A stretch of DNA of 64,000 nt from an uncultured delta proteobacterium (GCA_963708515.1 CAVPSX010000005.1:2958-66957), one strand, 5' to 3'. Shown: positions 27,965 to 37,386, numbered from the stretch's first letter. Made by a program: numbers and translations. The notes: a model not told the origin generated them from the sequence alone.

Positions 27965-28151
27965 AAGCGGGGCCTCCTTGTGATCTTGTCATTCCCTTTC
28001 AAAAAGGGGATGAAGTGGGATGTTCGTTGCGAAGATATGTGATTTTCAGGTAATTATCAATCGCTTTTCGCGGCGCTTTTCGTGGCCGGGCTCATGAAAT
28101 GATTGCGGATAGAGGCGAGCCCTGATATAAGAGAGGAAAAAAGAGGTGTGT

Positions 28152-28352
28152 ATGGATACCATCTGGGTTCTGGTTATTGCTGTTGCTGTATGGATTTTTC
28201 TGCAGGCCTGGCTGCTGCCGAAGTTCGGTATCTCCACCTGAATGAGGCCGGGCTGCCGGTCGGCAGATAAGGATTTCACCGTGATGAAACAGGAACAAAC
28301 CGGAGAAGGGCAGGGCGCATCGGGCGACAGCGGCAACACGCCGAAGACCTGA
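28152..28352 (+). CDS. Candidate small membrane-anchored selenoprotein (29 aa TM peptide, in-frame UGA, 36-aa tail)
   Basis: AAGAGG lies 7 nt upstream of the ATG. It reads MDTIWVLVIAVAVWIFLQAWLLPKFGIST-UGA(28239-28241)-MRPGCRSADKDFTVMKQEQTGEGQGASGDSGNTPKT-stop. The UGA is followed after 11 nt by a hairpin with a GGUC loop. The ORF is too short for the ORF track. Confidence 0.4.
28253..28266 (+). promoter_or_regulatory. Candidate minimal SECIS hairpin
   Basis: CUGCC-GGUC-GGCAG is a perfect 5-bp stem with a GGUC tetraloop. It begins exactly 11 nt after the UGA at 28239-28241. Confidence 0.4.
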
Positions 28353-28425
28353 TGCGATGCGGCAGATCATGCTTTGCCGGTCTGCGCTGCCTGATTGAAC
28401 AGATCTTTTTTTTAGGAGGCATAAA

Positions 28426-29217
28426 ATGGATTGGGGAATGAATAACCGGATGTCACAGCTCATCCAGCCGGACGGACATTGCTTTTTTCTGCCGATTGAT
28501 CACGGCTATTTTCAGGGGCCGACGTCCCGTCTGGAAAAACCGGCGGAGACGATCAAGCCGCTTTTGCCCTACTGCGACGCCCTCTTTGTCACGCGTGGCG
28601 TCCTGCGCGCAGCCGTGGACCCGGCCGGGAGCAAACCGATCATTCTCAGGGTGTCCGGCGGGTCAAGCGTTATCGGCAAAGACCTCGCCAACGAGAGCCT
28701 GACCACGTCCATCGAGGAGATCATCCGCCTCAACGCGACGGCGGTCGGCATGTCCGTATTCGTGGGGAGCGATTACGAGAAGGAATCCCTGACCAACCTG
28801 TCCGAGCTGGTCAATCGGTGCGAGGACTTCGGCATTCCCGTCATGGCGGTGACGGCCGTCGGCAAGGAACTGGAAAAACGCGATGCGCGCTACCTGGCCC
28901 TGTGCTGCCGGATCGCGGCGGAACTGGGCGCCCGTGTGGTCAAAACCTACTGGTGTAAGGATTTCGACAAGGTCGTTTACGGTTGTCCGGTTCCCGTCGT
29001 CATGGCCGGGGGGCCCCGGTGCGATACGGAGCTGGAAGTCATTGAATTTGTTCATGACGGCATGCAAAGCGGCGCTATCGGCCTCAATCTGGGCCGGAAT
29101 GTCTGGCAGAGCCCTCATCCTGTGGCGATCATGCGGGCCCTGCGCGCCGTCATCCACGAGAATTATTCGGTCAAGGAAGCCTGGGACCTGTTCAGCAGCG
29201 TCAAACAGGAAAAATAA
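28426..29217 (+). CDS. Class I aldolase of the DeoC/FbaB/LsrF family (ADH-synthase/LsrF-like)
   Basis: 263 aa with a strong RBS (AGGAGG). It has FLPIDHGYFQGP and a Schiff-base Lys region ARVVKTYW. Confidence 0.65.
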   Translation: MDWGMNNRMSQLIQPDGHCFFLPIDHGYFQGPTSRLEKPAETIKPLLPYCDALFVTRGVLRAAVDPAGSKPIILRVSGGSSVIGKDLANESLTTSIEEIIRLNATAVGMSVFVGSDYEKESLTNLSELVNRCEDFGIPVMAVTAVGKELEKRDARYLALCCRIAAELGARVVKTYWCKDFDKVVYGCPVPVVMAGGPRCDTELEVIEFVHDGMQSGAIGLNLGRNVWQSPHPVAIMRALRAVIHENYSVKEAWDLFSSVKQEK

Positions 29218-29353
29218 AAAATATGGGGAAACCCGCCTGATTTCTTGATAGAAAACATGATGCTGGATGCAAACATTCCTGCACAACAAGCGCTGCGTCT
29301 GCCAAAGCTTGTCGAGTCCGATCCGCGGGCGCCGCAGCTCCTTTGCAGTCTGA

Positions 29354-29806
29354 TGGCTCACACCCGGCCATTGTGGCGGGATAGCGAGACTCAGTATCCC
29401 GGCGGTCACGCTGACCGTCGAACTGGCCGGGGCGCTGCGCAAAGCACACGCATCCGGTCAGATCATACGCGGCCTGGAGAGTGCGGAACGCAAGCTCGCT
29501 TCAGAGGAACGAGGTCTGCAGATGGCGGATCGGCAAGCAGGCGCGCCGCGCGGCGTCCGTGTCTCCCGGCTGCTCCTCCTGACCCATGACGGCGCCGAAC
29601 GCTTTTACCGGAACGTCGAAACCATGCTCCATCGGTTCGGTCCGCGCGTTCTGGCGGTGCGGCTTGAAACAGATGCCGGCGGGTTAGGCGAACTGTTGTT
29701 CGGTCCCGGCCGCATTGCCCGCCTGGTGATGCTGGAGCACAAGCAGGCCGTCGGTGATGTGCTTCTGGCAATGACCGGAAGCATCTGTCAAGGGCGACAC
29801 ACTTAA
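29354..29806 (+). CDS. Hypothetical protein (possibly L7Ae/Gadd45-like fold); no canonical start, possibly frameshifted from 29245 frame
   Basis: The frame is open from 29354. It reads ...ELAGALRKAHASGQIIRGLESAERKL...RVSRLLLLTHDGAERF...LVMLEHKQAV. The first ATG is only at 29522. An upstream ORF at 29245-29589 in another frame may supply the N-terminus. Confidence 0.3.
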   Translation, partial: WLTPGHCGGIARLSIPAVTLTVELAGALRKAHASGQIIRGLESAERKLASEERGLQMADRQAGAPRGVRVSRLLLLTHDGAERFYRNVETMLHRFGPRVLAVRLETDAGGLGELLFGPGRIARLVMLEHKQAVGDVLLAMTGSICQGRHT

Positions 29807-29824
29807 TGGGGCGGCAAATAAGCC

Positions 29825-31408
29825 ATGCATGTGTATGAATTCCAGGGGATGACCAGAAGAGATATGCTGCAACTGGCCGCGGCGTCCGCCATATTATTTT
29901 CACTTCCTGCCATGACAGGCTGCACATCATTTCCCAAAGATAAACCCTCCGCCACGGGCGACGGTAAAGCCCTGACGCTGATTCACGGCAATGTCATCAA
30001 TGTGCTTCAGGGCGACGTGCATAGCGACCAGACGATTACGATCCGCTACGGGATGATCGAATCCATCTCGGACCGACTGCCTGAGCCCCGGGAAGAATCC
30101 CTCGTCGTGGATATGAAAAATCAATATCTCATTCCGGGTTTGATTGATGCACATTGCCATTCTACCCTCTCAAGCGAGGCAGAATTCAATCCATTCGGCG
30201 TTTCCACGATGCTGCGGCAGATCAGGAGAAATTACGTCCAGCAACTTGCCCATGGCGTGACGACCATCCGTGACATGGGCGCGCTGCCAAAACTGCTGCA
30301 TAAGCATTTGGAAATGATTGAAAAAGGGGAATTGACGGGTCCGAGAGTGGTCTATTGCAATGCCTTCACGAACGTCCACGGGGGGCATCCGGATATCGAT
30401 CCTGCCGACATCAGCATGTTTTCCGGAATCGCCACGGCCTTTGCGGGGAATCCCAGTTTCTGGTTTAAAGACATCCCGGAGCTGGAAGGAAAGATGAAAG
30501 AGAGCCTCGAAAACGGCGCGTCTTTCATCAAGCTCACCATGGATAACCGGTCGCTGCTGTGTGGAAAAGGCGAGATTCCTGTTTACAGTGAGGAGCAACT
30601 GGAGTTTATTTTTACATTTGCCCGGAAAAACAACCTCCCTGTTGCCGGCCACATCCATACGAAATACGGGTTTGACCGGGCGCTTCAGTACGGCATCAAC
30701 TCCATGGAACATTCCCTTGCCGACGCCCTGTTGACAGACCGGGAAATTGCGGAGATGGCCGGCAAGAACATCGCCATCGTGCCCACCATGGTCATTGCGC
30801 AGATGCATGCCGCGGAAGAGGCCTTTGACAGGGTTCCTGAATTATACCGGAATGGCTTCGTTTATAACGAATTGTCCATCAGGCGGCAGATGCTCAATTC
30901 CTCACCGGACGATTATGTTGAACCGGCAATCCATGAGAAGAATGTAGAGGCCCTTCAATATTATCAAAAATATGGATGCGCTAACCTCTATAAAAACGGC
31001 AAATTTCTGGCCAGGCCCGATCTCTATTTCAATATCCTTTTGCATGGCCCGCAGAATCTGCTCAGGATGAAAGAGGCCGGGATTGTCATCGGCTGTGGCA
31101 CCGACGCCGGCATTCCCCTTGTTTATCATGGGATGCTGTGGCGGGAGATGGAAATGCTTACAAGAATCGGCTTTTCGAATCAGGAAGCGCTGCGGTGCGC
31201 GACAATCAACAATGCGAAAATCCTCCGGATGGAAGACAAAATCGGTACGATAGACAAAGGCAAACTCGCGGATATGGTCGTCTTGAAAGAGAATCCTCTA
31301 ACCGTAATCGAGACCTGCCGCGCTCCGCAAATGGTCATCAAGGGCGGGCGGATTTATGCTGATTTTTTTGCTGACACTTGGATGTCAGACTATTATTCTT
31401 ATCCATAA
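29825..31408 (+). CDS. Amidohydrolase-family metallo-hydrolase, exported (Tat-like signal plus lipobox)
   Basis: It has MTRRDMLQLAAASAILFSLPAMTGC and YLIPGLIDAHCH. Total length 527 aa. Confidence 0.75.
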   Translation: MHVYEFQGMTRRDMLQLAAASAILFSLPAMTGCTSFPKDKPSATGDGKALTLIHGNVINVLQGDVHSDQTITIRYGMIESISDRLPEPREESLVVDMKNQYLIPGLIDAHCHSTLSSEAEFNPFGVSTMLRQIRRNYVQQLAHGVTTIRDMGALPKLLHKHLEMIEKGELTGPRVVYCNAFTNVHGGHPDIDPADISMFSGIATAFAGNPSFWFKDIPELEGKMKESLENGASFIKLTMDNRSLLCGKGEIPVYSEEQLEFIFTFARKNNLPVAGHIHTKYGFDRALQYGINSMEHSLADALLTDREIAEMAGKNIAIVPTMVIAQMHAAEEAFDRVPELYRNGFVYNELSIRRQMLNSSPDDYVEPAIHEKNVEALQYYQKYGCANLYKNGKFLARPDLYFNILLHGPQNLLRMKEAGIVIGCGTDAGIPLVYHGMLWREMEMLTRIGFSNQEALRCATINNAKILRMEDKIGTIDKGKLADMVVLKENPLTVIETCRAPQMVIKGGRIYADFFADTWMSDYYSYP

Positions 31409-31500
31409 TAATATAAATTACAGAAATCTCACTAAAACTGTAGTATATATTGATGAGAGGAGTCAGGTCGGTGTGACTTTTCTGACTCAGTCTGGAGGGC

Positions 31501-33954
31501 TTGAAAAATAATATGACTGTTAAAATGATGCCGGATCCTCAGACAAGCGACCATAAGGTTGCCTGGATTGCAAGTTTCAAAGATACCTATGACGCGTGGG
31601 TAGATAACCTCAGAGCAACTATCGCCTCGATGGAAAAACAGGCGATCCCTCCTCTTGATACATCGGTTTCGAAACTCTTCGATACATCCATTCCCGGCGC
31701 CGTTCTGATGCGAGAGGTCATAGATTACTACATAGACAGCTGGCAGAGAAGTTTCCTCTATCTGAACACAATGAGAAAACGTGGCAGCATTTACCTGAGG
31801 CATCTGCAGGACGGCCAGCCAACCGTATTATTTTTCGAGTATGAAAAAGTTCTGAGCGGCCTCACCCTGAATCGTCCCGTGAATTACGACCTTGTGAGAA
31901 TCATCCCTGACAAGGAATATGTCATAGATCCCGATAAAAGACCGATTGTAGTCGTAGATCCCCGGGCGGGTCACGGACCGGGCATCGGTGGCTCCAAGAG
32001 AGAATCCGAAATCGGGATGGCGATGAAAAATGGACATCCCGCCTACTTCATTCTCTTTTACCCCTACCCCGTACCGGGACAGACCATTGCCGATGTAAAG
32101 AACGCCGAGCTCAGTTTCATCGAGGAAGTTGCCCGGCGGCACCCTAACTCAAGAAAGCCTTCTGTTATCGGGAATTGCCAAGCAGGCTGGGCCGTAGCGA
32201 TGATGAGCGCCCACATGCCGGGCGGGACGGGTCCGCTTGTCTTTAACGGCGCGCCCCTTTCATACTGGTCGGGTGTCGAAGGTAAAGACACCATGCGCTA
32301 TCTGGGAGGACTTGCGGGAGGCGCGTGGGTCGCATCATTTTTCTCCGATCTGGGCGCCGGCTGCTTTGATGGCGCTAATCTTGTCCTAAACTTCGAAATG
32401 CTGAATCCCGCCAATACCTTCTGGACCAAGCAATATAACGTGTACTCAAAGATCGACACAGAAGAAAGGCGTTACCTTGATTTTGAACGATGGTGGAACG
32501 GCTACTGCCTGATGACCACGGAAGAAATACAGTATATTGTTGAAAATCTATTCATCGGCAACAAACTGGAACAGGGGTCCCTTGAAATCGAGGGAAAAGT
32601 CTTAAATTTAAAAGACCTGGTGGATCCTGTGGTTGTATTTGCCTCGAGCGGGGACAACATTACTCCGCCACGCCAGGCTCTCAACTGGATTATAAAAGTC
32701 TGGGGTTCCATCGAAGAAATAAAAAGGCGAAGGCAGGCAATTATTTACATTCTCCATAAAGATATAGGCCATCTCGGAATATTTGTGTCAAGCAAGATCG
32801 CGACGAAAGAACACAACGAAATAATCTCAAGCTTCGATATGATCGAATACCTGCCTTCGGGACTCTATGAAATGATAATCGAGGATGGCGATGAAGAACA
32901 CGTCGGCTTCGATGTCCATTTTGAGGAACGGACATTCGATGACATCATGGCGCTGGATGCCGGTCCTGATGAAGGGAAACCTTCTCAACAGGACGAAAGG
33001 GCATTTGAAATTGTCCGCCAGCTCTCAGAAAAGAACAATATGTTCTATAAAACCTATATTAGTCCGTGGATGCGTCTCTTCATGACAGATCAATCTGCTG
33101 AAGCTATTCGACAGATTCATCCTCTTAGGATCAGCCGGTACGCATGCTCTGATCTCAGTCCTTTCTTCTTCCCGATCAAGCTCTTTGCTCCCACGGTTGC
33201 ACGAAACCGCCGAAAATGCCCTGAGGATAATCCATATATGATCATGGAAAAATGTTTTTCCGAAAACGTGGTCACCATGCTTGACTATGCGAGGGATATG
33301 CGTGATCTCAAATATGAATATATATTCAAGTCTGTATATGAATCGGATCTTCTCAATATGCTGTTCCCGAAAGAAGAATCTGTAATAACGACTGAGGAGG
33401 GACAACGAAAGAAGGAGGACGAAGAAATCATTGCTCTGCGTGACCGCCTTGACGACGCCTACTGGATAAATGCCATGGAAGAGGGCGGGTTTGTAGAGGG
33501 ATTGATACGGATGCTCCTGGCAATTGTGTCTGCAAACCATACCTTTGACCGAAAATCCTTCCTTCTGATGCAGCAGCTTGTACGCGTCCATCCCAGACTG
33601 AAGGGGGTAACGATTCCCGAATTCAGAGTGATCACGAAAAGGCAATCGAGAATTTTGCAGACAGATACGGAAAAGGCAATAAGATCTCTTCCCATCCTGC
33701 TGCAAACGCCAAAAGATCGTAAAGATGCGGTAGAGATTGCCCAGACTATTTTCGGGCACTGTGAACTGACAGAAGAAGCAAAGGCGATGCTGAGAAAACT
33801 AAGGGCAATTGAAAGGCTTGCACAAAGTGAAGCGATACATACCAAAGACGGCGATACTCATAAGATTAATACGGTAACACAAACAGAACTTTTGGCTTCC
33901 TCCGATCTGAAAAAAACAGCAGGAGCAAAACAAAAAACTCGAAAAAGGAAGTGA
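31501..33954 (+). CDS. DUF3141-family protein (PHA-synthase-like alpha/beta hydrolase N-terminal part)
   Basis: 817 aa with VVVDPRAGHGPGIGG, VIGNCQAGWA, NFEMLNPANTFW, FERWWNG and FASSGDNITPPRQAL. The true start may be ATG 31513. Confidence 0.7.
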   Translation: MKNNMTVKMMPDPQTSDHKVAWIASFKDTYDAWVDNLRATIASMEKQAIPPLDTSVSKLFDTSIPGAVLMREVIDYYIDSWQRSFLYLNTMRKRGSIYLRHLQDGQPTVLFFEYEKVLSGLTLNRPVNYDLVRIIPDKEYVIDPDKRPIVVVDPRAGHGPGIGGSKRESEIGMAMKNGHPAYFILFYPYPVPGQTIADVKNAELSFIEEVARRHPNSRKPSVIGNCQAGWAVAMMSAHMPGGTGPLVFNGAPLSYWSGVEGKDTMRYLGGLAGGAWVASFFSDLGAGCFDGANLVLNFEMLNPANTFWTKQYNVYSKIDTEERRYLDFERWWNGYCLMTTEEIQYIVENLFIGNKLEQGSLEIEGKVLNLKDLVDPVVVFASSGDNITPPRQALNWIIKVWGSIEEIKRRRQAIIYILHKDIGHLGIFVSSKIATKEHNEIISSFDMIEYLPSGLYEMIIEDGDEEHVGFDVHFEERTFDDIMALDAGPDEGKPSQQDERAFEIVRQLSEKNNMFYKTYISPWMRLFMTDQSAEAIRQIHPLRISRYACSDLSPFFFPIKLFAPTVARNRRKCPEDNPYMIMEKCFSENVVTMLDYARDMRDLKYEYIFKSVYESDLLNMLFPKEESVITTEEGQRKKEDEEIIALRDRLDDAYWINAMEEGGFVEGLIRMLLAIVSANHTFDRKSFLLMQQLVRVHPRLKGVTIPEFRVITKRQSRILQTDTEKAIRSLPILLQTPKDRKDAVEIAQTIFGHCELTEEAKAMLRKLRAIERLAQSEAIHTKDGDTHKINTVTQTELLASSDLKKTAGAKQKTRKRK

Positions 33955-34199
33955 CCTGCCCGCCGTATTCCAGACGGCCCCGCAGTGCTGGTAATTTCCG
34001 GGGGAAAACTAAATCCGAGTATCCCGGTGTCTCTCCTGTCTTAATTAGAAGTGTAACGTCCTCCTACTCGGTGATTGACGGATTTCGATAACAATGCGAG
34101 AGTATAAGCGGTAATATTTAGAAGTACTTTGGCGTCGCTCGCGCTCCGCCTATCAAGGGCGTTCGAGCCGACCCCGCCGCTGGCGGCTGCGCATCGCTT

Positions 34200-34252
34200 G
34201 GTTTTTGGCACGTCAACATGCAATAAATTGCAGTTGCCGCGCCCAAAAACGG
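34200..34252. repeat. Long imperfect palindrome in a 520-bp intergenic region
   Basis: GGTTTTTGGCACGTCAACATGCAAT-AA-ATTGCAGTTGCCGCGCCCAAAAACGG forms about 25-bp arms with a few mismatches and one bulge. Confidence 0.6.
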
Positions 34253-34474
34253 CGGCTCAACAGCCGGCGTGAGATCAACCATTACAAACGCAAATCCTTA
34301 AACATTTCATTCATCATAATTGCTGCTTTGCAGAGACAGCGACTCCGGCGGTCGGAGGATCTTGAAAAACCAGTAATTGGATTATTTGTTACGTATATTT
34401 TCCTGTTATTAATATTGTGGTATGGAAAATGACCCGGATCGTCGTTCCGGGGAGATTAATTCCAGGAATTCATC

Positions 34475-35521
34475 ATGACACAGGAATTGAAAGCGATGCG
34501 CGCCGCCGTTTATTACAACAACAGCGATGTCAGGGTGGAAGAGCGGCCGGTGCCGCCTATCGGCGCCGGCGAGATGCTCGTGAAGGTCTTGGCCAGCGGG
34601 ATCTGCGGCAGCGACGTCATGGAGTGGTACCGGATCAAAAAGGCGCCGCTTGTGCTGGGCCACGAGATCGCAGGTGTTATCGCCGCCGTCGGCGAAGGTG
34701 TCGTGCGGTACAAGCACGGCGACCGTGTTTTTGTTTCCCACCATATCCCCTGCAACACCTGCCATTACTGCCTCAGGGGCTATCATACCGCCTGTGAGAC
34801 GCTGCACACGACCAATTACGATCCGGGCGGTTTCGCCGAATATATTCGGGTCCCGCGCCTCAATGTCGATCGCGGCGTCTTTGTGCTGCCAGACGAGGTC
34901 TCTTACGATGCAGGGGTGTTCGTCGAACCCCTGGCCTGTGTCGTGCGCGGACAGCGCGTTGCCAACGTGCAACCCGGGCAGACGGTCCTCATCCTCGGTA
35001 GCGGCATTTCCGGAATGCTGCACCTTCTTCTGGCGCGCAGCCTCGGAGCCGGGCGCATCGCGGCGACGGACATCAGTCCGTTCCGTCTCGATATGGCCCG
35101 GCAGTTCGGCGCGGACTGGGCTTTTAATGCCCGCGAAGACATCCCGATGCATTTGCGCGAAATCAATAACGGGCGGTTGGCCGATCTCGTAATTGTCTGC
35201 ACGGGCGCGCTGTCCGCCTTCATGCAGGCCCTGCAATCGGTGGATCGTGGCGGCGCTATCCTGTGTTTCGCGACAACGGAGCCTGGTGTGGACCTGCCCG
35301 TGCCCCTCAATGAATTCTGGCGCAACGAGATCAAGCTGCTGCCTTCCTACGGGAACAGTCCGCTCGACGCGACAGTGGCCATCGAACTGATCCGTTCGGG
35401 ACGCGTTCCCGTAGAGCGAATGATCACCCACCGGCTGCCGCTGGAGCAGGCGGGTCTGGGATTCCGCCTCGTGGCCGAAGGGGGCGATTCCATGAAGGTC
35501 ATCATCGAACCACACAAATAA
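34475..35521 (+). CDS. Zinc-dependent medium-chain alcohol/polyol dehydrogenase
   Basis: 348 aa with GICGSDVMEWY...LVLGHEIAGVI, structural-zinc cysteines CNTCHYC, and GSGISGML. Confidence 0.85.
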   Translation: MTQELKAMRAAVYYNNSDVRVEERPVPPIGAGEMLVKVLASGICGSDVMEWYRIKKAPLVLGHEIAGVIAAVGEGVVRYKHGDRVFVSHHIPCNTCHYCLRGYHTACETLHTTNYDPGGFAEYIRVPRLNVDRGVFVLPDEVSYDAGVFVEPLACVVRGQRVANVQPGQTVLILGSGISGMLHLLLARSLGAGRIAATDISPFRLDMARQFGADWAFNAREDIPMHLREINNGRLADLVIVCTGALSAFMQALQSVDRGGAILCFATTEPGVDLPVPLNEFWRNEIKLLPSYGNSPLDATVAIELIRSGRVPVERMITHRLPLEQAGLGFRLVAEGGDSMKVIIEPHK

Positions 35522-36699
35522 TGCAAAACATTCTGCAGAAATATGTCACGAAAATAGCCCGGGCCGGTCTGACGGAACCGGGAGGCGCCCTGATCGGCTT
35601 GCGCGGAGCGGAAATCTCCTGGAGCCGGAAGGACGAGGCCTGCACGGGGCTGGAAGCCGTCATGGCCGCTATTGATAAACAGGCCATTCTATTTGCCGAG
35701 CCGGCGGAGCCGTACCGGACGATCATTGAATATCTCGCGGAGACTTCCGGCGGTGTCATCGAGCCCCGTGATTTTGAAACCCGGATATTCCTGCATGACC
35801 TGCCTGTTTTGCGGGAATTCGAACCTCATGCTGTCGCGGCGGTACTGAGGCGACGGCGCAGCGTTGTCATCGCCGGCCGCGGCGTTGTCACCTTCGGCAA
35901 GGCCAGCCCGGAGTCGGCCTTCGTCATCTACAGCTCCGTCTGTTTTGCCTGCTTTGTTAAATTCTTCTCCGATACACTCTATCATGTACGCTGCAACGTG
36001 ATGGATCGACGACGCCGGACGGTCCTTGAAAAAGTCATGACATATCTCGATCCCCCGCCGGACATAGCCGGAACTCTCATGAAGGGGCCATTTCCCGTCG
36101 AAGACCAGATTCTTCCGGCGATGGAGCAGGCGGGCCTGCTGCTGGTTGATTGCCGTCTCGTGGATTCCAATTTCGGCAACATCTCTTATTTTGCCGATCC
36201 CGTGCTGTATATCAGCCCGAAAGGCGGCGCCCTCGATGAACTGCATAACCGCATCGTTTCCATTTCCCTCGCCGATCCTTCCGCCCCGACGCAGGCTGCC
36301 TCGACGGAATTTCCCGCCCACCGGGACATCGTTCTGACAACGGGGCAACGCGCCGTGCTGCACGGACATCCGAAGTTTGCCGTAATACTGTCCCTCGACT
36401 GCGAAAAGGACGAATGTGAAGGCCGTGATGCCTGTCATATTCGCTGTCCGCACCAAAGATTCATCGGCGATATCCCCGTTGTGGCCGGCGAGGCGGGCGC
36501 CGGACCTTTCGGATTGAGCCATACAGTCCCCCCGGCGATGCGGGATCATCGTGGCGTAATCGTTTACGGGCACGGCCTGTTCACAGCCGGAAAGCACGAT
36601 TTCAACGAGGCCTTTGAGCGGCTGGCGGCGATCGAAAACGCCTGCCGGCAGGAATATTTCAGGCGGATCGGGTATATGGGAGACGGAACGACATCATGA
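35521..36699 (+). CDS. Class II aldolase/adducin-family protein (degenerate N-terminal plus intact C-terminal domain)
   Basis: 392 aa with SNFGNISY, VLHGHPKF and IVYGHGLFTAG. Confidence 0.6.
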   Translation: MQNILQKYVTKIARAGLTEPGGALIGLRGAEISWSRKDEACTGLEAVMAAIDKQAILFAEPAEPYRTIIEYLAETSGGVIEPRDFETRIFLHDLPVLREFEPHAVAAVLRRRRSVVIAGRGVVTFGKASPESAFVIYSSVCFACFVKFFSDTLYHVRCNVMDRRRRTVLEKVMTYLDPPPDIAGTLMKGPFPVEDQILPAMEQAGLLLVDCRLVDSNFGNISYFADPVLYISPKGGALDELHNRIVSISLADPSAPTQAASTEFPAHRDIVLTTGQRAVLHGHPKFAVILSLDCEKDECEGRDACHIRCPHQRFIGDIPVVAGEAGAGPFGLSHTVPPAMRDHRGVIVYGHGLFTAGKHDFNEAFERLAAIENACRQEYFRRIGYMGDGTTS

Positions 36700-36744
36700 A
36701 AATGACCCGGTTTTGTTTCAATCACCTGATGAAAGCCTCGCATA

Positions 36745-36888
36745 ACCGGTGAAAAATGGTTCGCAAGCGGCGAATGAAAGATTTTTCGCATTTCCAGAAA
36801 GTAGACTATTTAATTGATATCATAAATAATTTAAACATTATCATCTTTGTCGCGAAAAAGATTTTGAGCCGTGGCGAAGCCATTTTTC
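36745..36888 (+). repeat. MITE-like repeat, copy 2 (same arms, different AT-rich core)
   Basis: The arms GAAAAATGGTTCGCAAGCGGCGAATGAAAGATTTTTCG and CGAAAAAGATTTTGAGCCGTGGCGAAGCCATTTTTC are conserved. The core lacks the GC hairpin. Confidence 0.7.
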
Positions 36889-36925
36889 AAAGGTCTCATA
36901 ATATCATGAAAGGAATAACGAATTT

Positions 36926-37343
36926 ATGCCAACGAAGAAAAAGAAATCCGATTTTTCAGGATTGACGCTGCTCGGGCGGGACGGTCCGGACGCAAAACCG
37001 TCCAGGAAAATAGAAACCTTTGCGAACCGGCATCCTGCAGCGGGATTATGTCGTGACGCTTGAGACGGAGGAATTCACCTGCGTCTGCCCGATGACGGGC
37101 CAGCCCGATTTTGCCTGGCTGAAAATTCAGTATATCCCCGATAAGCGCATCGTCGAGTCCAAGTCGCTGAAACTCTACCTGTGGTCCTACCGTGATGTAG
37201 GGTCCTTTCACGAGCACGTCACAAACCGGATTCTCGATGATCTGACGGCGGCGCTGGCGCCGCGGTGGTGCAAGATTACCGCGGAATTCGCCGTGCGAGG
37301 CGGCATTGCCATAACGGTTGAGGCGGAGTACCGGAAACCCTGA
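36926..37343 (+). pseudogene. queF: NADPH-dependent 7-cyano-7-deazaguanine reductase QueF, one frameshift near 37040
   Basis: The N-terminus MPTKKKKSDFSGLTLLGRDGPDAKPSRKIETFANRHPA (frame of 36926) joins RDYVVTLETEEFTCVCPMTGQPDFAWLKIQYIP...SLKLYLWSYR (ORF 37020-37343). Confidence 0.8.
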
Positions 37344-37362
37344 ATCGGGCAGGTATTTCAAA

Positions 37363-37386
37363 GGAGACATGACACAGTCGTGTCCC
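37363..37386. repeat. REP-like GC hairpin (inverted orientation of the 320-344 hairpin), just downstream of queF
   Basis: GGAGACATGAC-ACA-GTCGTGTCCC. Confidence 0.55.

Noticed and set aside
28046-28463. Minus-strand ORFs of 97 and 123 aa in the malic-enzyme/aldolase intergenic region.
   Set aside because: They have no RBS and a Cys/Arg/Ser-rich odd composition. They also overlap each other and the better-supported plus-strand small ORF that has an RBS and a SECIS-like hairpin.
34206-34223. The plus-strand TGGCACGTCAACATGCAA as a sigma54 promoter for the downstream ADH operon.
   Set aside because: The GG-to-GC spacing is one nucleotide too long for the strictly spaced -24/-12 elements, and the site is about 250 nt from the ADH start. 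The minus-strand reading has the correct spacing but no obvious target gene; see the corresponding finding.
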